Assembly: GCA_028867285.1 (NCBI GenBank)
Contig: JAGWGP010000001.1
Location: 1-52,556, forward strand
Direction of reading: 5' to 3'
DNA: 52,556 nt
From: Candidatus Micrarchaeota archaeon
GTDB taxonomy: Archaea; Micrarchaeota; Micrarchaeia; Micrarchaeales; Micrarchaeaceae
A model generated the notes under the pieces. It was not told where the DNA came from and ran no database searches. It worked only from the letters and a program-made list of their open reading frames with translations. Shown here piece after piece: positions 44,450 to 52,556 of this stretch. A program made the position numbers and the translations under genes. Within the stretch, counting starts at the first letter, position 1, and each line of letters starts with the position of its first letter.

Positions 44450-46870
44450 ATGGGAGAGATAATAGATACCTCTATAGAGAACGAGATGCAGTCCAGCTAC
44501 GTCGACTATGCGATGAGCGTCATAGTCGGAAGGGCCCTACCCGACGCAAGGGACGGCTTCAAGCCGGCGCAGAGGAGGATACTCTACGCCATGTACAAGC
44601 TCAACAACGTCCATGACCAGCCCACAAAGAAGAGCGCGAGGATTGTCGGAGAGGTGATAGGAAAGTATCACCCGCACGGCGATGTCGCGGTGTACGAGAC
44701 CCTGGTCAGGATGGCCCAGGACTTCACCATGAACCACAGGCTGGTGGAGGGACAGGGCAACATGGGCTCCATAGACGGCGATCCTCCGGCAGCCCAGAGG
44801 TACACGGAGGTGAGGTTGGAGAGGATAGCCGAGGAGATGCTGGAGGACATAGAGAAGAGGGCCGTCCAGTTCGCGCCGAACTTCGACAACACCGAGGAGG
44901 AGCCGCTCCTTCTGCCCTCAAAGGTCCCCAATCTCCTGCTCAACGGCGCCTCCGGAATAGCGGTGGGCGTGGCGACCAACATAATGCCGCACAACCTCTC
45001 CGAGATGTGCGACGCAATATGCGCCTACATAGACAACAGGGAGATATCGCCGGACGAGCTGCTCAACTACGTCAAGGGGCCCGACTTCCCCACCGGCGGC
45101 ACCATCTTCTACGGCCAGGGCCTCAAGTCCTCGTACATAAACGGGAGGGGAAACATAACGATACGGGGCAAGGCCTCCTTCGAGAAGATGAAGAACAGGA
45201 CCGCCATAATAATCACGGAAATCCCCTACATGGTCAACAAGTCGACCCTTGTGGAGGAGATAGCGAACAACGTCAAGAGCAAGCGCATACAGGGGATATC
45301 CGACCTCAGGGACGAGAGCGGGAAGGAGGGCATAAGGGTGGTCATAGAGCTGAAGCAGGACGCGGACCAGGATGTGGTGCTCAACTCGCTGTACCAGCAC
45401 ACGCGCCTCCAGACCTCGCTGCCGATAATAAACATCGCGGTCATAGGCAACAGCCTGGTCACGCTCAACCTGAGGCAGTTCATCAAGGTCTTCGTGGACC
45501 ACAGGATATCCGTCATAAGGAGCAGGACCAAGTACGACCTGGACATAGCGACCGACAGGCTCCACATAGTTGACGGGCTGATAACCGCAGTCAACGACAT
45601 AGACAAGGTCATCGCGATAATAAGGAAGAGCGCAGAGACGAAGGAGGCGAAGGCCTCGCTCATGGCAGGCTATTCCCTGAGCGAGAAGCAGGCCACTGCG
45701 ATACTGGACATGAAGCTCAGCAAGCTCACCAATCTTGAGACCTCGTCGCTGAGGGCCGAGAGGGAGGATCTTGGCAAGAGCATAGAGAGCCTGAGCTCCA
45801 TACTTGCGGACGAGGCTAAGATATACGCGATAATAAGGGAGGAGACGGCCTCGATAAAGCAGAAGTACGGGAGGGAGAGGCGCACGCAGATAGAGCACAA
45901 CGCCGATATCGAGTCGCTCACCAACGAGGACCTGATAGTGGACGAGGAGAGCACGATAATACTAACCAGCAACAACTACATGAAGAGGATACCCTCAAAG
46001 GTTTACAGGTCGCAGGACAGGGGCGGCAAGGGCGTCATAGCCATAGAGCTCAGGGAGGGTGACTTCGTAAGGCAGATGGTCTCCTGCATGTCAAAGGATT
46101 ACCTGCTAATGCTGACCAGCAAGGGCAGGGCATACTGGCTCAAGGCCTACCTGGTGCCAGAGGGCAGCAGGTACGGAATAGGCAAGGCGGCGGTCAACCT
46201 CGTGAAGCTGATGGAGGGCGAGAAGATAGAGCAGATAATAAACACGAGGACCTTCGCCGGGAGCTTCCTTACTTTCATCACAAGGAAGGGCAAGATAAAG
46301 AGGGTCACGGCCGAGAGCTTCTCGCACCCCAGGTCAAACGGCATACTCGCGATGCCCATACTTGAGGGCGACGAGCTGGCTGACGTCTGCGTATCAGACG
46401 GCAAGTCGGAGCTTTTCATAGCCACCAAGGCCGGGAAGGCGCTGAGGTTCAAGGAGACCGACATAAGGCCGATGGGAAGGGCGGCCCACGGGATAAGGGG
46501 CATAAGGCTCTCGGCCACGGACTCGGTCATCAACATAATCCCGGCCCTGGAGACCGAGCTTGTCGCCTCGATAACCGAGAAGGGGCTGGGCAAGGTCACC
46601 GAGCTCAACAAGTACAGGCTGCAGAGAAGGGGAGGCAAGGGCGTCATAAACGTCAGGACAAAGGACAAGACCGGGACGGTGGTCAAGGCCATCAAGGTCG
46701 GCAACGACGAGAACATACTGATGATAAACTCAAAGGGTCTCTCGATAACCTTCCCGGTGAGCAGCGTGAGGGTGACTGGTAGGGGTGCCACTGGCGTCAG
46801 GCTCATGAGGATGGACCAGGGCACTAGGATAGTGGACGCAAAGACGATAAAGGCCCAGCCTGTCAATTGA
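44450..46870 (+). CDS. gyrA: DNA gyrase subunit A
   Basis: [25 protein letters not shown] catalytic Tyr, GyrA-box QDRGGKG, beta-pinwheel repeats; GAGGTG SD before ATG 44450. Confidence 0.96.
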   Translation: MGEIIDTSIENEMQSSYVDYAMSVIVGRALPDARDGFKPAQRRILYAMYKLNNVHDQPTKKSARIVGEVIGKYHPHGDVAVYETLVRMAQDFTMNHRLVEGQGNMGSIDGDPPAAQRYTEVRLERIAEEMLEDIEKRAVQFAPNFDNTEEEPLLLPSKVPNLLLNGASGIAVGVATNIMPHNLSEMCDAICAYIDNREISPDELLNYVKGPDFPTGGTIFYGQGLKSSYINGRGNITIRGKASFEKMKNRTAIIITEIPYMVNKSTLVEEIANNVKSKRIQGISDLRDESGKEGIRVVIELKQDADQDVVLNSLYQHTRLQTSLPIINIAVIGNSLVTLNLRQFIKVFVDHRISVIRSRTKYDLDIATDRLHIVDGLITAVNDIDKVIAIIRKSAETKEAKASLMAGYSLSEKQATAILDMKLSKLTNLETSSLRAEREDLGKSIESLSSILADEAKIYAIIREETASIKQKYGRERRTQIEHNADIESLTNEDLIVDEESTIILTSNNYMKRIPSKVYRSQDRGGKGVIAIELREGDFVRQMVSCMSKDYLLMLTSKGRAYWLKAYLVPEGSRYGIGKAAVNLVKLMEGEKIEQIINTRTFAGSFLTFITRKGKIKRVTAESFSHPRSNGILAMPILEGDELADVCVSDGKSELFIATKAGKALRFKETDIRPMGRAAHGIRGIRLSATDSVINIIPALETELVASITEKGLGKVTELNKYRLQRRGGKGVINVRTKDKTGTVVKAIKVGNDENILMINSKGLSITFPVSSVRVTGRGATGVRLMRMDQGTRIVDAKTIKAQPVN

Positions 46871-46926
46871 GTCCCGAAATACGCGCTTAATCTTATTAAC
46901 TTTCCCGTTGTTGATAATTGGGTTTG

Positions 46927-47436
46927 ATGATAACTGTGCTCTCCATCGGGGAGGGAGACTATAGGGTAAGGCTGAACATGTGCCTTACCGCCAGGGCCTT
47001 CGGGGCGGCGAAGATCGTGTTCATAGGCAGGAGGGACGGCAGGATCTCCAAGTACATCGCCAGGCTGAATTCCAAGTGGGGCGGGATGTTCAAGGTCGAC
47101 TTCTCCAGCAACGCTGGCAACACTATAAGGTCCTTCAGCAAGTACAAGAAGATATACCTCACCATGTTTGGGACGCCCCTGAAGCAGGTGGAGTACATGC
47201 TGAAGACGTACAAGAACATACTCTTGATAGTCACGGCCAGGGACTGGGAAGGGCAGCTGGCCAAGCTCACCGACTTCAACGTCAGCATAACCAACCAGCC
47301 CCACGCGCAGGTGGCATCGATTGCCATATTCCTTCACGAGTTCTTCAATGGCAGGGAGCTCGCCATACAGTTCCAGAACGCCAAATACAAGGCAATACCA
47401 AAGCCCAAGGGCGCGCAGATAAGGAAGCTCGGCTGA
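46927..47436 (+). CDS. trm56: tRNA (C56)-2'-O-methyltransferase aTrm56-like (divergent)
   Basis: LTARAFGA, WGG.F.V, YLTMFG, NVSITNQPH..V...AIFL. Confidence 0.8.
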   Translation: MITVLSIGEGDYRVRLNMCLTARAFGAAKIVFIGRRDGRISKYIARLNSKWGGMFKVDFSSNAGNTIRSFSKYKKIYLTMFGTPLKQVEYMLKTYKNILLIVTARDWEGQLAKLTDFNVSITNQPHAQVASIAIFLHEFFNGRELAIQFQNAKYKAIPKPKGAQIRKLG

Positions 47437-47438
47437 TG

Positions 47439-50195
47439 CTATACCGCCCAGTACTTCTTCGTCCTTATGAACGTCTTCTGCGCCTCCAGCAGGTCTATGA
47501 AAAACTCCCTCTCGTCGTGCCTGAACATCATCAGGGTCCTCGCCGCCGTCCTCGCACCCACTCCGTACACCGACAGCGCGATCGCCGCCCTGCCGCCGTA
47601 GGAATCCATCAGGCTGGCATACCTCATCATCTCCTCCATCACCCCGCGCTCCTTCGGCGACAGCCGCTTCCCTGACCTCCTCTTCTCCACCACCTCCTTG
47701 TATCCATCCCCGTCCACCGATATCAGTGGGCTGCCGCAGTTGGGGCACAGCAGCTTGTTCTCCCCCTTTATCTCAGTGAGCCTCCTTGAGAAGCTGAGCC
47801 CGCAGTATGTGCATATCAGCTTTATCTCCTTCTTCAATATGTGGCTCGCAAATGACTCCACCAGCTCTGCGTTGGGCGTGAGGGGGGTTATGAGCTCCCT
47901 CGTGTAATGCGCAGCGTTCAGTATCGCCCTAGATATGGGCGAGAGCTTGGACACCTCAATCTCCCTAATCATTATCTCTCCCGACTTTAGCATTTCCAGG
48001 TATGACACTGCAGAATTGGTGTCGAACATGTTCTCCATTATCTCGCGCGCCGCCTCGTCATGGACCGGGCTCCCCTCCAGCACCTTCATCAGCCTCCTGG
48101 CCATCGACTTAGATACGGCAGCCTCCCTGTCTATTATCCCGAACAGCTTGGCCACCACTATGAACTTGTACCTGAAGAGCTCGGACTCGGCTACCGCCTC
48201 CTTCACCAACCTGCCGAGCTGGCCCCCATCTATCCTTGCCAGTATGCTACCCACCTTGATGCCCTTCGGGAGCTCTATCATTATCATGTACGGCGAGGTC
48301 CTGACGTTCACCCCGGTCCCGGTCTTAACGCTGGCCAGATGCGCGATTACCCTCGCGAGCGCGTCATTCCCCTTGGTGCCGAGCCCGGTGTAAAGCAGCC
48401 TGTAGCCCTCAAACCCCTCGATTATCAGCTCGTCCGGGGCGAGCCCGAACGATTCCTTCTGCTCCGATGAGAAGCTCGCCATTATCCTCGACAGCTGCGC
48501 ATCGACCGACCCCTCGCCGCCCAAGCCCTTCGGGTCCTGGATTATCGAGAACACCCGCCTCGCCACCCCCTCGCTTACCGGTATGTCCTCGCCGGTCCAG
48601 TCCGGCACCGCCGCCTCTATCTCCATGCTCGGCTCGACGCTTATGACGTCCTTGTCTATGCTTATCACCTTCCACGGCAGCCCCTTCGTTATGAACACCG
48701 ATCCCTCCTCGACGTTGTTCGCCACGAACCTCTCATCGAGCGTAGATATCGTCCTGTTCTCGACTATGTTCTTCACCACGAAGCGCCTCACGTCCGGTAT
48801 CACGCTCAGGTGGCTGTAGTAGTACATCCTGGTCCTCGGGCCGCTCGTCACCGTCCTCCCGTCGTAGCCCACCAATCTCTGGCCCGTCATGAACGTGAGC
48901 AGCCTTGACACCGCATCAATACCCATCTCCCTGTAGACGTAGGACCCATTGATTACCTGCATAAGCTCCTCGACTGCTATGCTGCCCCTGTCAAGCGCGA
49001 TGCCGCATATCTGGTTGCAGAGCACGTCGAGCGCGTTGATGTGCATGGGGAAGCTCTCAAGTTTCTGGTCGCTAAGGTTGGCGACAACGGCCGCCGATTC
49101 TATCGCCTCGAGCACGCTGGGAGCGACTATGACCCCCTTGGCAGTCCCCCTGTGTGTATGCCCGCTCCTTCCAACCCTCTGCGATATCCTCAGGGCCTGC
49201 CTCGGGGATCCGTACTGTATCACGAGGTCTATGTTGCCTATGTCTATGCCGAGCTCAAGGGAGCTGGTGGCTATTATGCCCCTGAGCTCCCCATCCTTGA
49301 AACGCCTCTCTATCTCTATCCTCTCCTCCCTGTCGAGTGAGCTGTGGTGCACGCCTATGCCGCCGAAGGGCATCGCCTTGTTGAGGTAGACGAGCCTGCT
49401 CCCCAGGGCCTCGACCACCTGCCTGGTGTTCGCGAATATGAGCGTGGACCTCGAGTCTTTCACGTGGCCTGCCATTGCCTCCAGCCTGGCTATCGCCTGG
49501 TCGTCCAGCCCGAACTTCTCCTCAAGCTCCCTTATCCTTATGCCGGGCTTTGTGGGGAACTCTATCTTTATCTCGATGTCCTTCTTCCCTCCGAGGCTCG
49601 CCACATCCAGCTTCCTGTCGTTGCAGAGGAAGGCTCCGGCGCTCCTCACGTCTCCCACAGTCGCGCTTATCCCCACCCTCTGGAAGCCCGGCGCCATCGC
49701 CTCAAGCCTCTCCAGCGCAAGCGAGAGCTGAGCCCCCCTCTTGCTGTGGTACAGCTCGTGTATCTCGTCAACTATGACCGCCCTCACGTTCCTGAGCGCG
49801 AGCCCTATGGTCTTCGTGGGGAGTATGCTCTGCAGGGTCTCAGGGGTGGTTATCAGCAGGAACGGCGCAACCCTCGCCTGCCTCGCCCTCTCGCTCGGCT
49901 TTGTGTCCCCGTGCCTAACTGAGACGCTTATGCCCTCCTCCTTTCCCAGGAACTCCAGCCTCTTTACCATGTCCCTGTTCAGCGCCCTCAGCGGGGTTAT
50001 GTATATTATGCCGACGCCGTCCCTGCCCGCCTTGAGCGCCCTCTCCAGCACCGGCAGCACGGCGGCTTCAGTCTTGCCTGCGCCTGTGGGCGCTATTATC
50101 AGGCAGTTCCTTCCAGCCTCTATTATCGGTATCGCTATCCTCTGTATCTCGGTGTACGCCCCGTATCTCTTGAGGAAAGAGTCATAGATTCCCAT
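47439..50195 (-). CDS. lhr: Lhr-like ATP-dependent SF2 helicase
   Basis: APTGAGKT, TTPETL, DEIHE, SAT, HHSSL, LELGIDIG, QRVGRSGH, C-terminal zinc finger. Confidence 0.92.
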   Translation of the reverse strand: MGIYDSFLKRYGAYTEIQRIAIPIIEAGRNCLIIAPTGAGKTEAAVLPVLERALKAGRDGVGIIYITPLRALNRDMVKRLEFLGKEEGISVSVRHGDTKPSERARQARVAPFLLITTPETLQSILPTKTIGLALRNVRAVIVDEIHELYHSKRGAQLSLALERLEAMAPGFQRVGISATVGDVRSAGAFLCNDRKLDVASLGGKKDIEIKIEFPTKPGIRIRELEEKFGLDDQAIARLEAMAGHVKDSRSTLIFANTRQVVEALGSRLVYLNKAMPFGGIGVHHSSLDREERIEIERRFKDGELRGIIATSSLELGIDIGNIDLVIQYGSPRQALRISQRVGRSGHTHRGTAKGVIVAPSVLEAIESAAVVANLSDQKLESFPMHINALDVLCNQICGIALDRGSIAVEELMQVINGSYVYREMGIDAVSRLLTFMTGQRLVGYDGRTVTSGPRTRMYYYSHLSVIPDVRRFVVKNIVENRTISTLDERFVANNVEEGSVFITKGLPWKVISIDKDVISVEPSMEIEAAVPDWTGEDIPVSEGVARRVFSIIQDPKGLGGEGSVDAQLSRIMASFSSEQKESFGLAPDELIIEGFEGYRLLYTGLGTKGNDALARVIAHLASVKTGTGVNVRTSPYMIMIELPKGIKVGSILARIDGGQLGRLVKEAVAESELFRYKFIVVAKLFGIIDREAAVSKSMARRLMKVLEGSPVHDEAAREIMENMFDTNSAVSYLEMLKSGEIMIREIEVSKLSPISRAILNAAHYTRELITPLTPNAELVESFASHILKKEIKLICTYCGLSFSRRLTEIKGENKLLCPNCGSPLISVDGDGYKEVVEKRRSGKRLSPKERGVMEEMMRYASLMDSYGGRAAIALSVYGVGARTAARTLMMFRHDEREFFIDLLEAQKTFIRTKKYWAV

Positions 50196-50204
50196 GCGCC
50201 TACC

Positions 50205-52199
50205 TTATGCCAGCCCCTTTCTCCTGTGGATCTCCAGGGATATCCTCCAGGAGGCTATTATGGCGAGTATTCCGGCCACTATTATACCTATGACCAGCGG
50301 AGTCAGGAAGCTGAGGTAGGCGTATCCGCCCTCGGAGACGGACACGCGCTCCGCCATGCCGAAGTACCTTGCCGTGCCGTTCACCTGCCCGTACGGCACC
50401 TGGGCGAAGTTTAGCATGCCATCAGCCCCGGTGTAGCCGTTGTACGTCGAGCCGTTCTTGAATAGCAGGCTCACGCTGGCGTTCAGGGCGGTGCCAACAA
50501 GCGACTTTGTGACTATGGTCACGTTGTACACCCTTGTGCTGAAGGCCATCGCCCCAGATCCGCCCGGAATGAAAACGTGATTGGCCAGCACCCTCGCACC
50601 CTTGTAATAGACATATTGCAGGTTGTAGCTCCTGTTGGCGAACAGGTAAGCCCCACCGCTGCCAACTGTCTGGCCGCTTATGTTGTACGACGCAGGGCCC
50701 TGCAGCAGATTTCCGTATGCGTCATACGCCACAGGCACGACCAGGTACTGCTGCCCGAATATCGCGTTCAGGAATACCGGCTGCCTCACCCGTATCGACA
50801 GATTGGGAGTGGTGTTCCCGTTGCTCCATTGGCTGAAGCCAAGCGCGGTCCCGTTGCTGGTCGGCACGAAAGCGGTACTCAGCCTTATCTGGGCCGTGGA
50901 GTTGGCGTCGTACCATCCGGAGCCGCTTGCGTTGCCGTAGGCCGTTGTCGCGTTCACCATGTATTGTGTATTCCAGAAGAGGGTGACGTTCTGCGGCGCG
51001 GACGCTGTGAACTGCAGCGTGGGCGACGTGCTTCCGCCGCTCCAGTGGCTGAACACGACCCTCTTCCCGTAGCCGGTCCCTATCACAGTAGCATTGAGGC
51101 TCAGGCTAACCGTGGAGTTGGCGTCGTACCAGCCCCCGCCCCTGACCGAGTCGTAGGAGGAGAGTGTCCCTATGTAATACTGCCTCTGCCACAGCGCTGT
51201 CTCCCTGACGTTTCCGTTCATGACCACCGTGGCGTTCCTCTGCGTTCCCGTGTAGGAACCCGCGCCGCTCCCAGCCCATCCAGCGAAGACCTCCCTGACG
51301 CCGCTGCTGGAGTTGACCAGCTGAGGTGCGCTTATCTGGATTGCCGAGTACGCCGAATAATTGTTCATGGACGTGATATTGCCCCACTGGCTCTGCAGCT
51401 GGAGGTTGTAACCCAGGCTCCAGAGCTTGACGTCCGCCTGTGTGGGCAGGCCAGACCCGACCACGAAGTAGTTTATGAGGCTGCCCACCTCCTTCACTCC
51501 GTAAGTGTTGGGCAGCGCCTCAAGGCTTCCCTTCCCATAACCAGAATAGGACATCGCATCGGGCACGTACTTGTACGTTGCGCCGTCGTAGAACTTGAGG
51601 TCCCTGAAACCTACGAGTGAAAGGCCCTGCGTATTTGTGTTCGTGTCCGCAATCTCGCCGAGAGCAGATGGGGGATTTGCCCCGGAGCTGCCGGTTCCAA
51701 GGTCCACGCTGCCTACCGTCTGGTTGTTGAGGTAGACCGTCCAGACGTTGCCGCTTGAGCTGAAGGAGTAGGTGTTGTAGGTCCCATTATCGCCCACCGA
51801 CCCGCTTGCCCCTATTCCTCCGAGGAAGCTGTTGCCATTATAGCCTGCGGGGAAGTACTCCCAGAACCACGTGGGGGTGCCTGCAGAGAGGAAGGTGCTG
51901 CCAACGCATCCCGATATCGTGCACGTCGTCGGGTAGTAGCCGCTGCTGTTCGTTATCTCGTAGCCCGCCTGTATGAAAGCCCCGTTGCTGAGGTCCTCCC
52001 CTATCCAGAAGCCGAGCGAGCCCGTCGATATGTTCTGGTACACTGTCTGTATGCCGGCGCTGACGCCGTGGTTCTGCGATGACGTATAGGTCCCGGTGGC
52101 GCCGCTCTGGAACCAGTACTGCGCATCCACCAGCGACGGCATGCAACTGACCAGAACCATAACCGCAAGGAGCCTCCACGCCCCCCTATACCCTATCAT
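50205..52199 (-). CDS. Secreted, membrane-anchored protein with putative glutamic-peptidase-like N-domain and repeated beta-sandwich modules
   Basis: Signal peptide; FWIG..FIQAGY..WFWEY..ALGE; GxGWYDANST and F..WSxG repeats; C-terminal TM followed by RRK. Confidence 0.7.
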   Translation of the reverse strand: MIGYRGAWRLLAVMVLVSCMPSLVDAQYWFQSGATGTYTSSQNHGVSAGIQTVYQNISTGSLGFWIGEDLSNGAFIQAGYEITNSSGYYPTTCTISGCVGSTFLSAGTPTWFWEYFPAGYNGNSFLGGIGASGSVGDNGTYNTYSFSSSGNVWTVYLNNQTVGSVDLGTGSSGANPPSALGEIADTNTNTQGLSLVGFRDLKFYDGATYKYVPDAMSYSGYGKGSLEALPNTYGVKEVGSLINYFVVGSGLPTQADVKLWSLGYNLQLQSQWGNITSMNNYSAYSAIQISAPQLVNSSSGVREVFAGWAGSGAGSYTGTQRNATVVMNGNVRETALWQRQYYIGTLSSYDSVRGGGWYDANSTVSLSLNATVIGTGYGKRVVFSHWSGGSTSPTLQFTASAPQNVTLFWNTQYMVNATTAYGNASGSGWYDANSTAQIRLSTAFVPTSNGTALGFSQWSNGNTTPNLSIRVRQPVFLNAIFGQQYLVVPVAYDAYGNLLQGPASYNISGQTVGSGGAYLFANRSYNLQYVYYKGARVLANHVFIPGGSGAMAFSTRVYNVTIVTKSLVGTALNASVSLLFKNGSTYNGYTGADGMLNFAQVPYGQVNGTARYFGMAERVSVSEGGYAYLSFLTPLVIGIIVAGILAIIASWRISLEIHRRKGLA

Positions 52200-52556
52200 A
52201 ATCGATCCCGAGCTCCTCCAGGCGCCTGATTACCATTTCCCTATCAGGACCTTTTATACTTTTCCATTCAACCACGGCCCTCTCCACGGCGACATCCGAA
52301 CACTCCACCGCACTGGCAATCATGTCGGTATTGATCGCGTAGTTTGGCATCATGTGGCCGAAGGCGTACCTGCCCTCTACCGCCAGGCGCGTGAACTTGC
52401 GCGGGTAGTGTGTGCCCCCTATACCTATCGCGACCTTATCGTACTCTGCCTCAAATCCGTTTTCCAACGCCCCGGCTATGGCCGAGGCGAGCATCTTGCG
52501 GTTCTGCAAGCTGCCTGCGAAACCGGGGTTGCCGCCAAGCTCCACGAACAGCGAGG
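52186..52556 (-). CDS. dtdA: D-aminoacyl-tRNA deacylase (archaeal DTD2), 5' end outside window
   Basis: LFVELG, IGIGGTHY..KFT, FGH..P.Y, EWKS. Confidence 0.85.
   Translation of the reverse strand, partial: SLFVELGGNPGFAGSLQNRKMLASAIAGALENGFEAEYDKVAIGIGGTHYPRKFTRLAVEGRYAFGHMMPNYAINTDMIASAVECSDVAVERAVVEWKSIKGPDREMVIRRLEELGIDYDRV

Noticed and set aside
46147..47748. 533-aa minus-strand ORF and similar long antisense ORFs (e.g. 39569..40705, 27348..28316, 44918..45898)
   Set aside because: Shadows of well-supported genes, caused by GC-rich third codon positions

Overview
Archaeal chromosomal DNA, most consistent with a DPANN Micrarchaeota (ARMAN-like) genome. The lineage call is inferred from a ~388-aa three-unit-length tRNA splicing endonuclease, a tRNA-Ile(UAU), a stand-alone 5S rRNA, bacterial-type gyrBA and strong ATA/AGG codon use. 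Most of the window is housekeeping: a primase large subunit, PCNA, GINS15, RadA, Lhr helicase, gyrase, a truncated L3-S3 ribosomal protein cluster, L15e/Pcc1, L44e/aIF2a/PAC2, TFE, AglB, Dph5, Trm56, DTD2, five intron-less tRNAs and several surface proteins. The most unusual locus is a small operon downstream of tRNA-Gly. Its first gene encodes a DUF5615/VapC45-like PIN domain with a prolyl-tRNA synthetase-type anticodon-binding domain inserted into it, making it a candidate tRNA-guided or tRNA-sensing nuclease. Other highlights are a PriL-PriX chimeric primase subunit, two candidate structured ncRNAs, a probable ACG start at a broken ATGA overlap, an arginine-synthetase-like enzyme and a four-repeat AbrB-like protein. 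All family assignments come from motif recognition by eye; no database searches were run.
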